From Williopsis jadinii (lineage: Eukaryota): a DNA stretch of 64,000 nt. Both the position numbers and the translations under genes were made by a program. A model generated the notes under the pieces. The model saw only the letters and a list, made by a program, of their open reading frames with translations. It was not told where the DNA came from and searched no databases. The stretch is taken from positions 2,232,001-2,296,000 of the forward strand of contig AP024665.1 in NCBI GenBank assembly GCA_024346625.1, given 5' to 3'. This document shows positions 11,916 through 21,577 of the stretch, piece by piece. Within the stretch, counting starts at the first letter, position 1. Each line of letters starts with the position of its first letter.

Positions 11916-13088
11916 TTATTCCCTGTAGTACTTTGGTGCGATGAACGGCTGCTTAGCGATCACACCTTCCCTCTTCTTGTTTCTAATCTCAATCAACACC
12001 TTGGTGCCGGACTTGTGATAACCTCTGTCGATGTAAGCCTGGCCGATGTTGATACGGCCCTCGAGAGATGGCGACGCACTGCCACTGGTGACAACCCCGA
12101 TCTGCTTCTCTGGGGAATCGACGTCAAAGATCTTACAGCCCTCTCTGGCAGCAGGTCCCTTCAACTGGAATCCAACTCTTTGCTGCTTCACGAGAGATCT
12201 GTCAGCGAGCTGCGCCAGGATCTTTGAAGAACCGTTGAACTTAGCGGTTGCTGGGTCTCTCTTGGTCTTTGAGATCACCCAGGAGAGGGAGCCCTCCACA
12301 GGTGTGATGGTGTCGTTCAAATCATGGCCGTAGAGACACATACCAGCCTCCAAACGAAGGGAGTCTCTTGCAGCAAGCCCTACAGGTTTCAACTCTGGAT
12401 CCTCTAGAAGTGCCTTCGCCAAATCCTCGGCAATATCATTTGGAATGGACACTTCAAACCCATCTTCTCCAGTGTAGCCTCCTCTGGCAAGGTGCAGTTC
12501 CGCGTTGTTGAAGCCTGGAACGGTGATGTACTTCGAATTACCGAAATAGATCTTAGACAGGTCCTCATTGGTGAACTTCTGTAACACCTTTTGAGCACTT
12601 GGGCCTTGAATTGCCAAGAGCGTACTGTCAATGACCTCGAATTTGACATCGAGCCCCTCAGCATACTTCTTAAAGAAGGCCTGGTCTTTAGCACGAGTTC
12701 CAGCGTTGGTGACAACGTAGAAATGCTCATCATCGTCGTGCTTGGTGATGATGGTGTCGTCGACGATACCACCTTCCTCGTTCAACAACACGCTCAGTTG
12801 GTTGTGCCATGGCTTCAAAGGCTTGAAGTCAGTAGGGGTAATCTTATCGAACAACGGGATGACATCTTTTCCAGAGATCTTTTGCTGCAGCATATGGGAA
12901 ACGTCAAACAGACCGGCATGCTCACGCGTCCAGCGATGAGAATCGATGTGTGAGAAGCCTTTGTACAACACTGGCATCGCATAGCCTGCAAATTCAACCA
13001 TATCACCCCCTAGAGAGATGTGCAGGTTGTACAACGGGGTCTTAAGCAATGGCGTAGAAGAAGCTGTGGAATAGGCACGTCTAAACAT
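11916..13088 (-). CDS. GCV1: Glycine cleavage system T protein (aminomethyltransferase), mitochondrial
   Basis: KTPLY..H...G..MVEFAGYAMPV, GLFDVSHM, RGGYTGEDGFE, GLAARDSLRLEAGMCLYG. Likely start is MFRRAYST at 13088. Confidence 0.96.
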   Translation of the reverse strand: MFRRAYSTASSTPLLKTPLYNLHISLGGDMVEFAGYAMPVLYKGFSHIDSHRWTREHAGLFDVSHMLQQKISGKDVIPLFDKITPTDFKPLKPWHNQLSVLLNEEGGIVDDTIITKHDDDEHFYVVTNAGTRAKDQAFFKKYAEGLDVKFEVIDSTLLAIQGPSAQKVLQKFTNEDLSKIYFGNSKYITVPGFNNAELHLARGGYTGEDGFEVSIPNDIAEDLAKALLEDPELKPVGLAARDSLRLEAGMCLYGHDLNDTITPVEGSLSWVISKTKRDPATAKFNGSSKILAQLADRSLVKQQRVGFQLKGPAAREGCKIFDVDSPEKQIGVVTSGSASPSLEGRINIGQAYIDRGYHKSGTKVLIEIRNKKREGVIAKQPFIAPKYYRE

Positions 13089-13430
13089 TCTTTCTTGATT
13101 CTTGAATATACTCTGATTCCCAAACTGTGAAAGTGACCAACAGAGAGACCTCGTAGCTGAAATCAGTGTGGAAATTGGAAGGGGAACTCGAAAGGATTTT
13201 ATACACACCATGTGAAAGATGAGCAGAGTTCATTTAAAAGCTGAATTATGCCACTATGCGTTGACTCCGGGTTCGATAATATGGGCTGCGCCCGGAGTCA
13301 GACTTGGAGCTCAGGCAGTGCGGAAAAGAGCAAAATCCGGGGTAGCTGGCCGGAGTCAAAACTACAAGCTCGAAAGTACAATTATACAGCTGAATGAACG
13401 AACCAACAACAGAGAAGCGTATTGTCCCAG

Positions 13431-14501
13431 CTATAGTCTTTCCAGAGCTCTCTTTATAGCCGGAGCGACTTGTTTTCTGCTAGCTGCGACGTTCAATTGC
13501 CTATAAACGTTGTGTGTGTTGTCAATAGGGTCAAGCTCCAATTCCGCTTTGAGGTTTTGATCCAATGCAAGCCTCATCAGCGTGTTGCTGGCTTCGTCTT
13601 TGGTGACATAGCCCAGTTCCCTGTTGAACTCACCATCCTTCTCAAATGAAGTCATAAAGACAAAGATATCGAGTCCTTGCTGCTTCAGATAAGCGTCCAT
13701 TTGGTCCTTGAAATCGCTGTAGTTCTCAACTAACCATTTGTAAGGCTTCACTATAGAGCTTATACCAACGAGTTTCAACACGTTATCGGTGCCTACACCG
13801 AATTCAAACAGTTTGTAGTCCTTTGCGAAGATTTGGTGCATTGACAACCCAGTGATGTCAAATTTTGCCGATTGGAGCTCTTCGAACCAAGAGTTGATCT
13901 CCAGGGGATCAATGAACTTCTGATACTCTTTGAACATGACAAAGTCGGGCTCCTCAGCTCTGTGCTTCAGGCACGAGGTGTCAATTATCAATGGCGCCAA
14001 TAGGAACTTCACAAGCTCATTGGTCAGAAGTACACCTTGTGAGGTCCAGTATTGTGCAACCAACGTTGAGCAGCTTCCACATCTCTGGATGATTCTTGGA
14101 TTGGCGTCTGGTGCTAGATGCTCATCCTCATGGTGATCTATGATGCCAGTGATCTGGAATTCGTTGAAGTTGCTTGTCGGTTTGTTATGGTCCACGAGCA
14201 CCAAACCCTGAACCCCGCTGGATATTGAAGGCAGGTCATCCAGATACAAAAGCGAATCCCTATGTATCTCAAACTGTGACAGCACCAGTAGAAGATCCTT
14301 GCGAGATGAGATATCGCTCTTGTAGAAGTTCAACACGGGAATGTGACGGTTCAACGGATCATGGATGTCAGCGAACAAGGCATAGGAGATGGATGAGATC
14401 ACAGAGTCCAAGTCGCCCGATTGATTACCACAGATCAGCTGGTACGACTTCACCTTCTTAGCTGTCTCTCTGATGGATTGCACAAATGCTTTCAACTTCA
14501 T
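13431..14501 (-). CDS. PPX1: Exopolyphosphatase (DHH/Prune family)
   Basis: GNQSGDLDS, LVDHN, IIDHH, GSCSTLV, KDYK, ASRKQVAP. First ATG at 14501. Confidence 0.92.
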   Translation of the reverse strand: MKLKAFVQSIRETAKKVKSYQLICGNQSGDLDSVISSISYALFADIHDPLNRHIPVLNFYKSDISSRKDLLLVLSQFEIHRDSLLYLDDLPSISSGVQGLVLVDHNKPTSNFNEFQITGIIDHHEDEHLAPDANPRIIQRCGSCSTLVAQYWTSQGVLLTNELVKFLLAPLIIDTSCLKHRAEEPDFVMFKEYQKFIDPLEINSWFEELQSAKFDITGLSMHQIFAKDYKLFEFGVGTDNVLKLVGISSIVKPYKWLVENYSDFKDQMDAYLKQQGLDIFVFMTSFEKDGEFNRELGYVTKDEASNTLMRLALDQNLKAELELDPIDNTHNVYRQLNVAASRKQVAPAIKRALERL

Positions 14502-14788
14502 TGCGCAGATGGTGAAGGTTCCGCCGCGTAGTACAACAATAAACAACGGTTGCGAAGTATGGGATCCTATGGAACAACTTCACGTTTTTGGAACGTCCCA
14601 AAAACCGGACATATCACTCCAGAAACACAATCCCCGAACGCCAGAGAAACCATAAAGTAGCGGGCGGAATTATCGCTGCTTTCACCAAATGGGGGATTAA
14701 TCAAATTCGATTCGAATACTTATCACTCCACTTTTATCTTCTTTCCCTTCTTCACTTGCACTCTTTGTATCGTCAAAGTCGTCCAACA

Positions 14789-15325
14789 ATGCTTCTTCCA
14801 ACAGTTCACCTCTTCTCATGGGCCTTCATGTAGGTATTCTCTCCGTGGTTTCAGCCCTGAACTGAACTTCAATACTAATAGCCCGGGAACAGCTGGGGAG
14901 GCTCAGGTTACTACTCGTATGTCGCCTCACCAATTGCCTTCAAGACCCTTCCACGTAAGGAGTTTGGCGCTTTGCAAAACAAGGTGTTCCCACACTTCTT
15001 CCTTGCTCAGACGCTGGCTCCCGTTGTCGTGGGCCTGACTGCTCCATATACGTTGTCCACCGGGGCGATCATTGCCCTTGCGAGTGCCGTTGTTGGTGGT
15101 GCTGCCAACAAGTGGTGGTTACTGCCTTTGACCAAGGGGTTGAAGGAGAAGAGAAACCAACTTGAGGCGGAGGGCCAGCAGGACTCCGAAGAGTTCAAGC
15201 AGGCAACACAGCAGTTTGGCAAGTTCCACGGTGTTTCTCTTGGATTCAACCTCTTGAACTTCCTCGCGTTGACCTCGTACGGGTTCATCTTGGTGAGAGG
15301 CCTCGTCCGTTACGCTCCAAAATGA
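14789..15325 (+). CDS. TMEM205-like (DUF4149) membrane protein; 2 exons: 14789-14829 and 14893-15325
   Basis: Spliced product MLLPTVHLFSWAFIWGGSGYYSYVASPIAFKTLPRKEFGALQNKVFPHFF...FGKFHGVSLGFNL. Intron 14830-14892 (GTAGGT..TACTAAT..CAG). Confidence 0.8.
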
Positions 15326-15441
15326 GCTCTACCGTAAATATTTGTAAATAAACGCACACGCTCAGAGCGAGAGAAGGAGATGTATTCTTTGTTTCGTATT
15401 TATTATGTACAGTGCTAATGGATAAAAAGACATGTTTTGAT

Positions 15442-15924
15442 CTACTCTGCTTCTTCACCGAGGAAAGAGGCAACAGACAGCGGCGGGTTCAGCGCCATCA
15501 TCATGATGATGTACTCGTAGATGTGCTTTGGCACAGAGGTCTGGTACACGTTCAGAATATCAGTAGGGTTTGGGTAGACCGCAAGAGCCCTGTAGAAGGC
15601 CAGAGCACTGTCAATCTCCTTGCCTGGAACAGCAGCCAACTGCTCGGCGGTGGTGACCTGGGTCATGAAGTACGACTCCTTCTGAGCAGGCTCCGTTGGA
15701 ATTGGCTCGTTGGCAAGAGACTCCATCAGCTTCTTCTGAACAACCTCGATCTGCGCAGTCTTCACCTTGTGCGCAGCGGCCTCCTTGGCCTTTGCGTACT
15801 TCTCGTTGTTCTTCTGGATTCTCTTTCTGAACTCTGGATCGTGGCGGCGAGCATAGTCAAAATAGACAGCGTAGCCGAGTGCAAGCGCACCAAAGGTAGC
15901 AACAGCAGCAGTGAACTTGGACAT
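15442..15924 (-). CDS. TOM20: Mitochondrial import receptor Tom20
   Basis: N-terminal anchor followed by GYAVYFDYARRHDPEFRK; ALAFYRALAVYPNPTDILNVYQ. Confidence 0.95.
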   Translation of the reverse strand: MSKFTAAVATFGALALGYAVYFDYARRHDPEFRKRIQKNNEKYAKAKEAAAHKVKTAQIEVVQKKLMESLANEPIPTEPAQKESYFMTQVTTAEQLAAVPGKEIDSALAFYRALAVYPNPTDILNVYQTSVPKHIYEYIIMMMALNPPLSVASFLGEEAE

Positions 15925-16102
15925 CTTCGCCTTGGAGTACTGAGTGGATTTCTTGCCTCGTTCGTCGGTGCTTCTTGCCGTCTTTGGCTAAGAGCAAAGT
16001 GAAAAATGCGCAGGTTCGACGATAATTTTGCGGCCGTGATTATGTCATCCGCGTCGGAAATGGAAAACTTTGCATCGAGGAGCGAAGGCCCTTTCCGACA
16101 CT

Positions 16103-16115
16103 GCGATGAGATGAG
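16103..16115 (+). promoter_or_regulatory. PAC ribosome-biogenesis motif upstream of SLX9
   Basis: GCGATGAGATGAG about 75 bp upstream of ATG 16188. Confidence 0.7.
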
Positions 16116-16187
16116 CTTGGAAGGGCATCACAGCGGGCGCTAAGGGCAGGTGTTGAAGCGGTTGATTAGATATTCAGGGCGGCAGCG

Positions 16188-16691
16188 ATGGCGAAGAGAA
16201 CACAGCTGAGAACGAAAGCGGCGAGATCGAGCAGCCGGGCCGTTAAGCAGAGTGGCGAGTCGTTGCCTGAGGATCCACAGGCCTTCCTACACCAGTACAA
16301 GGAGACAAAGCAACAGAAGCTGCTGAACAAGAGACAGACACTGCTGTCCAAGCTGGGCCCAGAGTCGTCTATTTCCAAGTCGTCGCTGAGAAGACGGAAG
16401 CGGAAGGAGAAGCAGGAGCTGAAGCCCAAGATGGAGGAGCTGCTGACGTCTCTGGAAGAGTCCATGGGAGATGCGATAAACGTTGTGGACAGTAAACAGT
16501 ATGTCCAGGCGAAGAAGAAGAGTGCCAACGCCCCAAGCACACGGACCAAGAAGGGACTGCAGAAGGTGGAGCAACAAGAGAGAAAGCTCTTTGGGATGAT
16601 TTTGAAAGACCAGCAGTTTAAGAAGTCACCATTCGAGGCACTCAGAGAGAGCATATCGAACAGACTCAAACAAGAGTCTACAGCAAAGTAA
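16188..16691 (+). CDS. SLX9: Ribosome biogenesis factor Slx9/FAM207A-like
   Basis: Basic 167-aa protein with ISKSSLRRRKRKEK and F..SPFEALRESI. Divergent from TOM20, as in S. cerevisiae, and has a PAC motif. Confidence 0.8.
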   Translation: MAKRTQLRTKAARSSSRAVKQSGESLPEDPQAFLHQYKETKQQKLLNKRQTLLSKLGPESSISKSSLRRRKRKEKQELKPKMEELLTSLEESMGDAINVVDSKQYVQAKKKSANAPSTRTKKGLQKVEQQERKLFGMILKDQQFKKSPFEALRESISNRLKQESTAK

Positions 16692-16757
16692 TTATGATGG
16701 TTCTATAGTAATAACAATAAAGGTGATGTAATGATAACGAAAGGACAAGGGCACAAT

Positions 16758-17942
16758 TCAACTGGAATAGTTTGGCTTAGAGATGGACCACTTGTTCTCC
16801 AACATGTAAGGTAGAATGCCAATACGCACTCCGTGGAAAAGAATCTGGTAGGTGGTTTCGAATAATGGGAACTCTTCTTCACACCCTTTGTTCTTGATCA
16901 GCTCGTGGATCTCCTTCGCAGTGATTAAACCTTGCGCACTCTGACCGTTAAGAATCTCCTTTTCAACCTCATGAGCCGACTTACCGGTCTGAGCCATGAT
17001 CTTGGCCAGCTTGAAGTTACGACCACCGGTACATGTTGTGAAGAGATCAGCGACACCTGCACTTTCTTCTGTGAACGAACTGACAAGACAACCAGGGAAG
17101 AACTTACGACCGAATTTGATCATTTCTAACAATCCACGTCTCAGCATCGCAGCCTTCGCATTATCACCCCACTCCAAACCTTCGACGAATCCGACAGAGA
17201 TGGCAATGATGTTCTTCAAGGCCCCCGCGCAAGAGATACCGGCAATATCCTCAATGACATGGACATGGAAGTAAGGTCTGTGAAACAGCGTATAGAGAAC
17301 GGTATGGTCAACATCACCAGGCTTATAATCTGCCGGCAATGGATATCCAACGGTGGTCTCACTGAATCTCTGTTCTGCCACCTCTTGTGCCAAGTTGGCT
17401 CCGGCAAGAACACCACAGTGGATACCCAGTGCATCTTGGATGATATCTGGTAGTAGCTCAACACCATCTAAATTGACACGAAGCCCCTTAAGACAGGAGA
17501 TCGCACGTGCTCGTGGATCAATGTTACCACGAAGCTGGCTCAGGATCTTCTCCAGATGCTGGTGTGGGATGTTGAAGATCAGGATGTTGGAGTACTGGAC
17601 AGCCTCCAACAGGTCAGGCACCGCAACCAAGTTATCCGGCAACTTGATACCAGGAAGGTACTTCTTGTTCACGTGCTCAGTGTTGATGATGTCGGAAAGG
17701 TTGGAGCCTTCGAACTCCTCCTCGTACACCCACATTCTCACCTTCTGCTCAAACAGCAACGGGTTCTCCCTTGTGTTCTCGGCAATGATCTTGGCCACTG
17801 TGGTACCCCAGTTACCAGACCCAATGACCGAGACAACAAACGGAGGCTTCTGAATCGACGTGTATGACACACTATGGCTAAGCATTGGCAATGCGGAAAC
17901 GTCTGTTGATATGTCACTCTCGGATTCTCCCATATCAGTCAT
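16758..17942 (-). CDS. NAD-dependent glycerol-3-phosphate dehydrogenase (GPD1/GPD2 family)
   Basis: VIGSGNWGTT, AISCLKG, GALKNI, ESAGVADLFTTCTGGRN. Confidence 0.95.
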   Translation of the reverse strand: MTDMGESESDISTDVSALPMLSHSVSYTSIQKPPFVVSVIGSGNWGTTVAKIIAENTRENPLLFEQKVRMWVYEEEFEGSNLSDIINTEHVNKKYLPGIKLPDNLVAVPDLLEAVQYSNILIFNIPHQHLEKILSQLRGNIDPRARAISCLKGLRVNLDGVELLPDIIQDALGIHCGVLAGANLAQEVAEQRFSETTVGYPLPADYKPGDVDHTVLYTLFHRPYFHVHVIEDIAGISCAGALKNIIAISVGFVEGLEWGDNAKAAMLRRGLLEMIKFGRKFFPGCLVSSFTEESAGVADLFTTCTGGRNFKLAKIMAQTGKSAHEVEKEILNGQSAQGLITAKEIHELIKNKGCEEEFPLFETTYQILFHGVRIGILPYMLENKWSISKPNYSS

Positions 17943-18539
17943 GGCTTTATCGTATCAGGGAAGCGATGATGGGTTCTATATATAATGATTTGATGGTGAA
18001 CGACTCACACGCAAATAATATGTCCTGCTGCAATGAATAATGTCTAGTGAAGCACACACACTGTACGAGCCCACAGAAATTAATTTCCCTCTTTATATGA
18101 CGGTAACAAGGGAACGGGAGGGAAAGTACTCCCATCTCCTGGTTCTGAATTATTTTCTATTGGGGGTGTAAGTGCACGCGCACTGCGTAGGCAGACGAGT
18201 TGCACGCAGGTGATGGCCTCTCTCCCAGGGAAGGGGCCCTCGCCACAAGGAGGCCGACCAAAAAAAGAAACAATGGGACTGCGCACACAGTCCAGGAGCG
18301 TGAAGCCACTTGCCCAAATCAGTCACACGCAGAACTGAGGTGGGTGCGATCACGTGTGTATGTGTGCTGGTGGTGCTCGTAAGGAGACGGTCCGTTTCCG
18401 TGACAGGTTCTACATTCGAGTCCAAACTATAATGTGCGTGAGCATTTTAGTCGGAATCCTACAGGCGAGGTGGAACCTACAGGTGACAATGCCGTGGGTG
18501 AAGCACGTAGGCCAATGACGGTAAGGAATTGTAGACATA

Positions 18540-19547
18540 TCATTCAGCCTTTGTAGCCTTGATATGTGGCTTAACATGTGCAGTGGTAATGTATGGGCGT
18601 CCGAAAGACCAACGGTATGCGATAAGGATCAGCTTTAACAGTTGAAGAAGGAGGAAGACGAAGGTGACTGCGAGTATCCCGAGGATGAGCATTTCGTTTT
18701 CATAGATGACTTCATGGTCGAGTAGGTGCGAGCATTGGAACGCTGTCAAGTTAAGCAGTTTTGTTCTCTTGCTTGGGAATGGCCTGTCGACTTCCATCAC
18801 ATGTTCGTTCCTCTCAAATTCCACTGACCTGGACGCATCCTCGGACAGATCAGGGAAGATGGTCTTGGTGGCCCACCGCGTCTCGTCATTCACGTTGAGC
18901 AACCCCATCGTCGAGCTCGTGTACACCACGAGATGGTACGGAGATGGGAGTTTTCTCAACGTCTTACGCAGGGACAGGTCTGCAAGTTCCAATGCCTCAC
19001 GGCGTGCTTCTGGTTCGTCTGGCAATTCAGGCAAGTTGATTCTGATGACTCTCTTGTGCGAGTCGATGTAGGTGTCGATTTCGTCCAGTCCGTTGGCTTC
19101 GATGTATTTACCGCCACATTTCCTCAAGGCATATGAAGATAGACCATCAAGGTTGACAGGACGAGTCACACGAGGAATGGCACCCAGCGTCGAGCTCATG
19201 AAGCTATAAGATCTCAGGACGATGAACGATTGGTAGTCTTCAAGATCGTCTAGCGTTATTCCAGGCTGGTTGACGAGGACAACGGCGTCTGCATTGCACG
19301 AATCGATTGCACGCTGAATGACCTCAGTAACGCGCTGCAGTGGCATTTCAAGCTTGTTATATTGACGAACGTATTCTTGGATCTTGGGTACTCTAATGTC
19401 AGACACGTTAGTATATTCACCGCCATCGTCGAGAGCGTAAAGCTCGTTATATGCTTACAGCTTGTGAGAATACAACAGTAGTGGGACAGTCGCCCATACG
19501 TTCATAATTAAGAAGGCACATAGTATTCCATGCCATAAAACTTTCAT
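18540..19547 (-). CDS. BIG1: ER membrane protein Big1-like; 2 exons: 19547-19459 and 19392-18540
   Basis: Signal exon MKVLWHGILCAFLIMNVWATVPLLLYSHKL joined by intron 19458-19393 (GTAAGC..TACTAAC..TAG); CNADAVVLVNQPG motif; LRKLPSP; one C-terminal transmembrane segment. Confidence 0.75.
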
Positions 19548-19703
19548 ATCGCTTGATAAAATGGACAATTTGAATCCAATCACGGTTTATAAAAAGATGA
19601 AAAGGCTCAGCCCAAAGAGGTTTGGCCTCATCAACCACAGCCGTGATATTTATTTTCAGGTAGGGGACACAGCGAAACAGAAAATTAAAGCAAAAAAACA
19701 ATA

Positions 19704-19777
19704 CGACCTCGGTCAGGATTGAACTGACGATCTCACGATTAACAGTCGTGCGCCTTAACCAACTTGGCCACGAAGTC
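19704..19777 (-). tRNA. tRNA-Asn (GTT)
   Basis: GACTTCGTGGCCAAGTTGGTTAAGGCGCACGACTGTTAATCGTGAGATCGTCAGTTCAATCCTGACCGAGGTCG folds as a cloverleaf, has A and B boxes, and is followed by a T7 Pol III terminator. Confidence 0.96.
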
Positions 19778-19945
19778 ATTTCTTGAAAAACTTTTTTCCA
19801 GTGAAGACGTGCCAGTGCTGTGACAATCAACGCTCACAACCTTTGAATAACTGTAAATCTGCTTCCTGACGTCTCTCATTAAAGTACAACGTGAATGTAT
19901 AAGATTTTGTTTTCATTTACATAATTAACTAATGCATGCAAGTTT

Positions 19946-20710
19946 TCAAATGATCAATTTCCAATGGTGGTAAAGCCTTAGCCCGTCTAGAACTTGGTAA
20001 TAATCGATCAATTTCACATTATCACCAACTTTCATCTGATGAATTCTGTTATAGTTGGGTATACTTTGACAGTAGTTGAGCAATAGAACGTCTTGATTCT
20101 CTATGTAGCCATCTAGGTTCACCGAGAGTAAGAAATCACTTATATGAGAAACACCAGTGACTGGGTATATCTGATCTGCATCGCTAGTCGATCTTTTAGT
20201 AACGATCGTATGGTTCTCATGGAGTCCAAACCAGCTGTTCAATTGGATCAAAGGAAGCTGTGAGGTCTTCAACAAAGACGGCGTTTCGATAGCCATAGGA
20301 GTCAACTTACGCCTTGGTATATGATCCCTAGTGGTGAATGAGGCATTTGCAACTTCATTGGATATACTCCTCAGTTTGGAAGGATCATCGTGTGGTCTTG
20401 CCTCAGGCGATCTGAGATGCAACGACGATAACGTTATTGGTGTTTTTGTAGGAGTATCAGAAAATATCTCCGGCGTGGGTACTGGATTCAGTGCTGTATT
20501 TAACGGCGTGCTGTTCCTTATAATCTGTGAAATGGTGGCACGTGTGGTGGGTGTTGTTGGTTGAAGCTGTGCTTTAGTTCTCTTCACAGACAACAACGTG
20601 CGTTTCCCTGTTGTACAACTCTTTGAACATCTGTTTAAATCTTTCAATGAAAGTGGGCGTGATAGAGGTTGGTACTTTTTAGAGCTCTTCAGTTTAACGT
20701 TATGGCCCAT
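19946..20710 (-). CDS. Hypothetical protein (254 aa): basic, Thr/Pro-rich N-terminus and compact beta-rich C-terminus
   Basis: Long ATG-initiated ORF with no gene overlapping it; no family recognised. Confidence 0.65.
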   Translation of the reverse strand: MGHNVKLKSSKKYQPLSRPLSLKDLNRCSKSCTTGKRTLLSVKRTKAQLQPTTPTTRATISQIIRNSTPLNTALNPVPTPEIFSDTPTKTPITLSSLHLRSPEARPHDDPSKLRSISNEVANASFTTRDHIPRRKLTPMAIETPSLLKTSQLPLIQLNSWFGLHENHTIVTKRSTSDADQIYPVTGVSHISDFLLSVNLDGYIENQDVLLLNYCQSIPNYNRIHQMKVGDNVKLIDYYQVLDGLRLYHHWKLII

Positions 20711-21105
20711 CCCAACAGCGTTTGAGGAAACAGTTCAAGAGTATTGTGGATAATCAACAAAGATCTTCAAAATGTAAACAAAGGTTACAAAATTGTTGCC
20801 CCAAAAAGGTGCCCTTTTGTAGACTTTTGCGCCAAACGTGAAACTGCCGTCTGGGCACGAAAAGGCACAGCAAAATGGCAGCAAAGCTGATTTGTGACAG
20901 GAAAAATGTCCGATATGGACAATTCAGGCCTAAAAGTTAAAGTTCTTCCCACAGGGAAAGTTTTACGAAGCATACAACGGACATTTGACAAGCTCCTTAT
21001 CTCTCTTGTATTGTCTACCATCCGATAGGGACCAGACGTTCTCCTCATCATGGGCCCAGTGTAGACCATCCACTCACCACGCGTCGTTCACGCAGCGGGA
21101 AGGTG

Positions 21106-21422
21106 TGTGTCTTTACCACTTTATTGTGATATTCGACCTTCGTATTCGATTTCCGGATTTATCACTGAATTATAGCAACTGTGATTTAATGTAACACTTC
21201 ACAGTTATCACATCCCTTTTGGGATATGAAAACAACATAAACCATGAATCCTCAAGATTCGAGTGTTTCTCTACAATGGTTTAAAAGGGGCTCATTGAAC
21301 CATTATTATTCTTCTTTATAAAGATCCCAGAACTTAAGCCTTCATCTCTTATATTTCTCAATTATATTGCTATCAAGATTATTCTTATTATCATTATCAT
21401 ATGAACTACTTTACAACCCACA
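21106..21422 (+). mobile_element. Possible solo LTR (317 bp)
   Basis: Bounded by TGTG...CACA, flanked by AGGTG/CGGTG (imperfect 5-bp TSD), with an internal TATAAA followed by an AT/pyrimidine-rich tract. Only one copy in the window. Confidence 0.35.
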
Positions 21423-21424
21423 CG

Positions 21425-21577
21425 GTGCGCAGGGAACACTATACATCCTACTGTTAGTGAAAGATATATTGTGACGTCGATTTAACTGGAAACACTAAGC
21501 TAAACCCTGAAGAGCACAACCACGACATCAACGGTGTGCGCAACATCCTCATCAAATGGCTTACCACGTCTCAATAG
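21425..21577 (+). pseudogene. Decayed TnpB/Fanzor-like nuclease C-terminal fragment
   Basis: One frame reads VRREHYTSYC**KIYCDVDLTGNTKLNPEEHNHDINGVRNILIKWLTTSQ*. It matches the E.YTS..C and RD.NG.RNI motifs in the correct order and has two internal stops. Confidence 0.55.
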
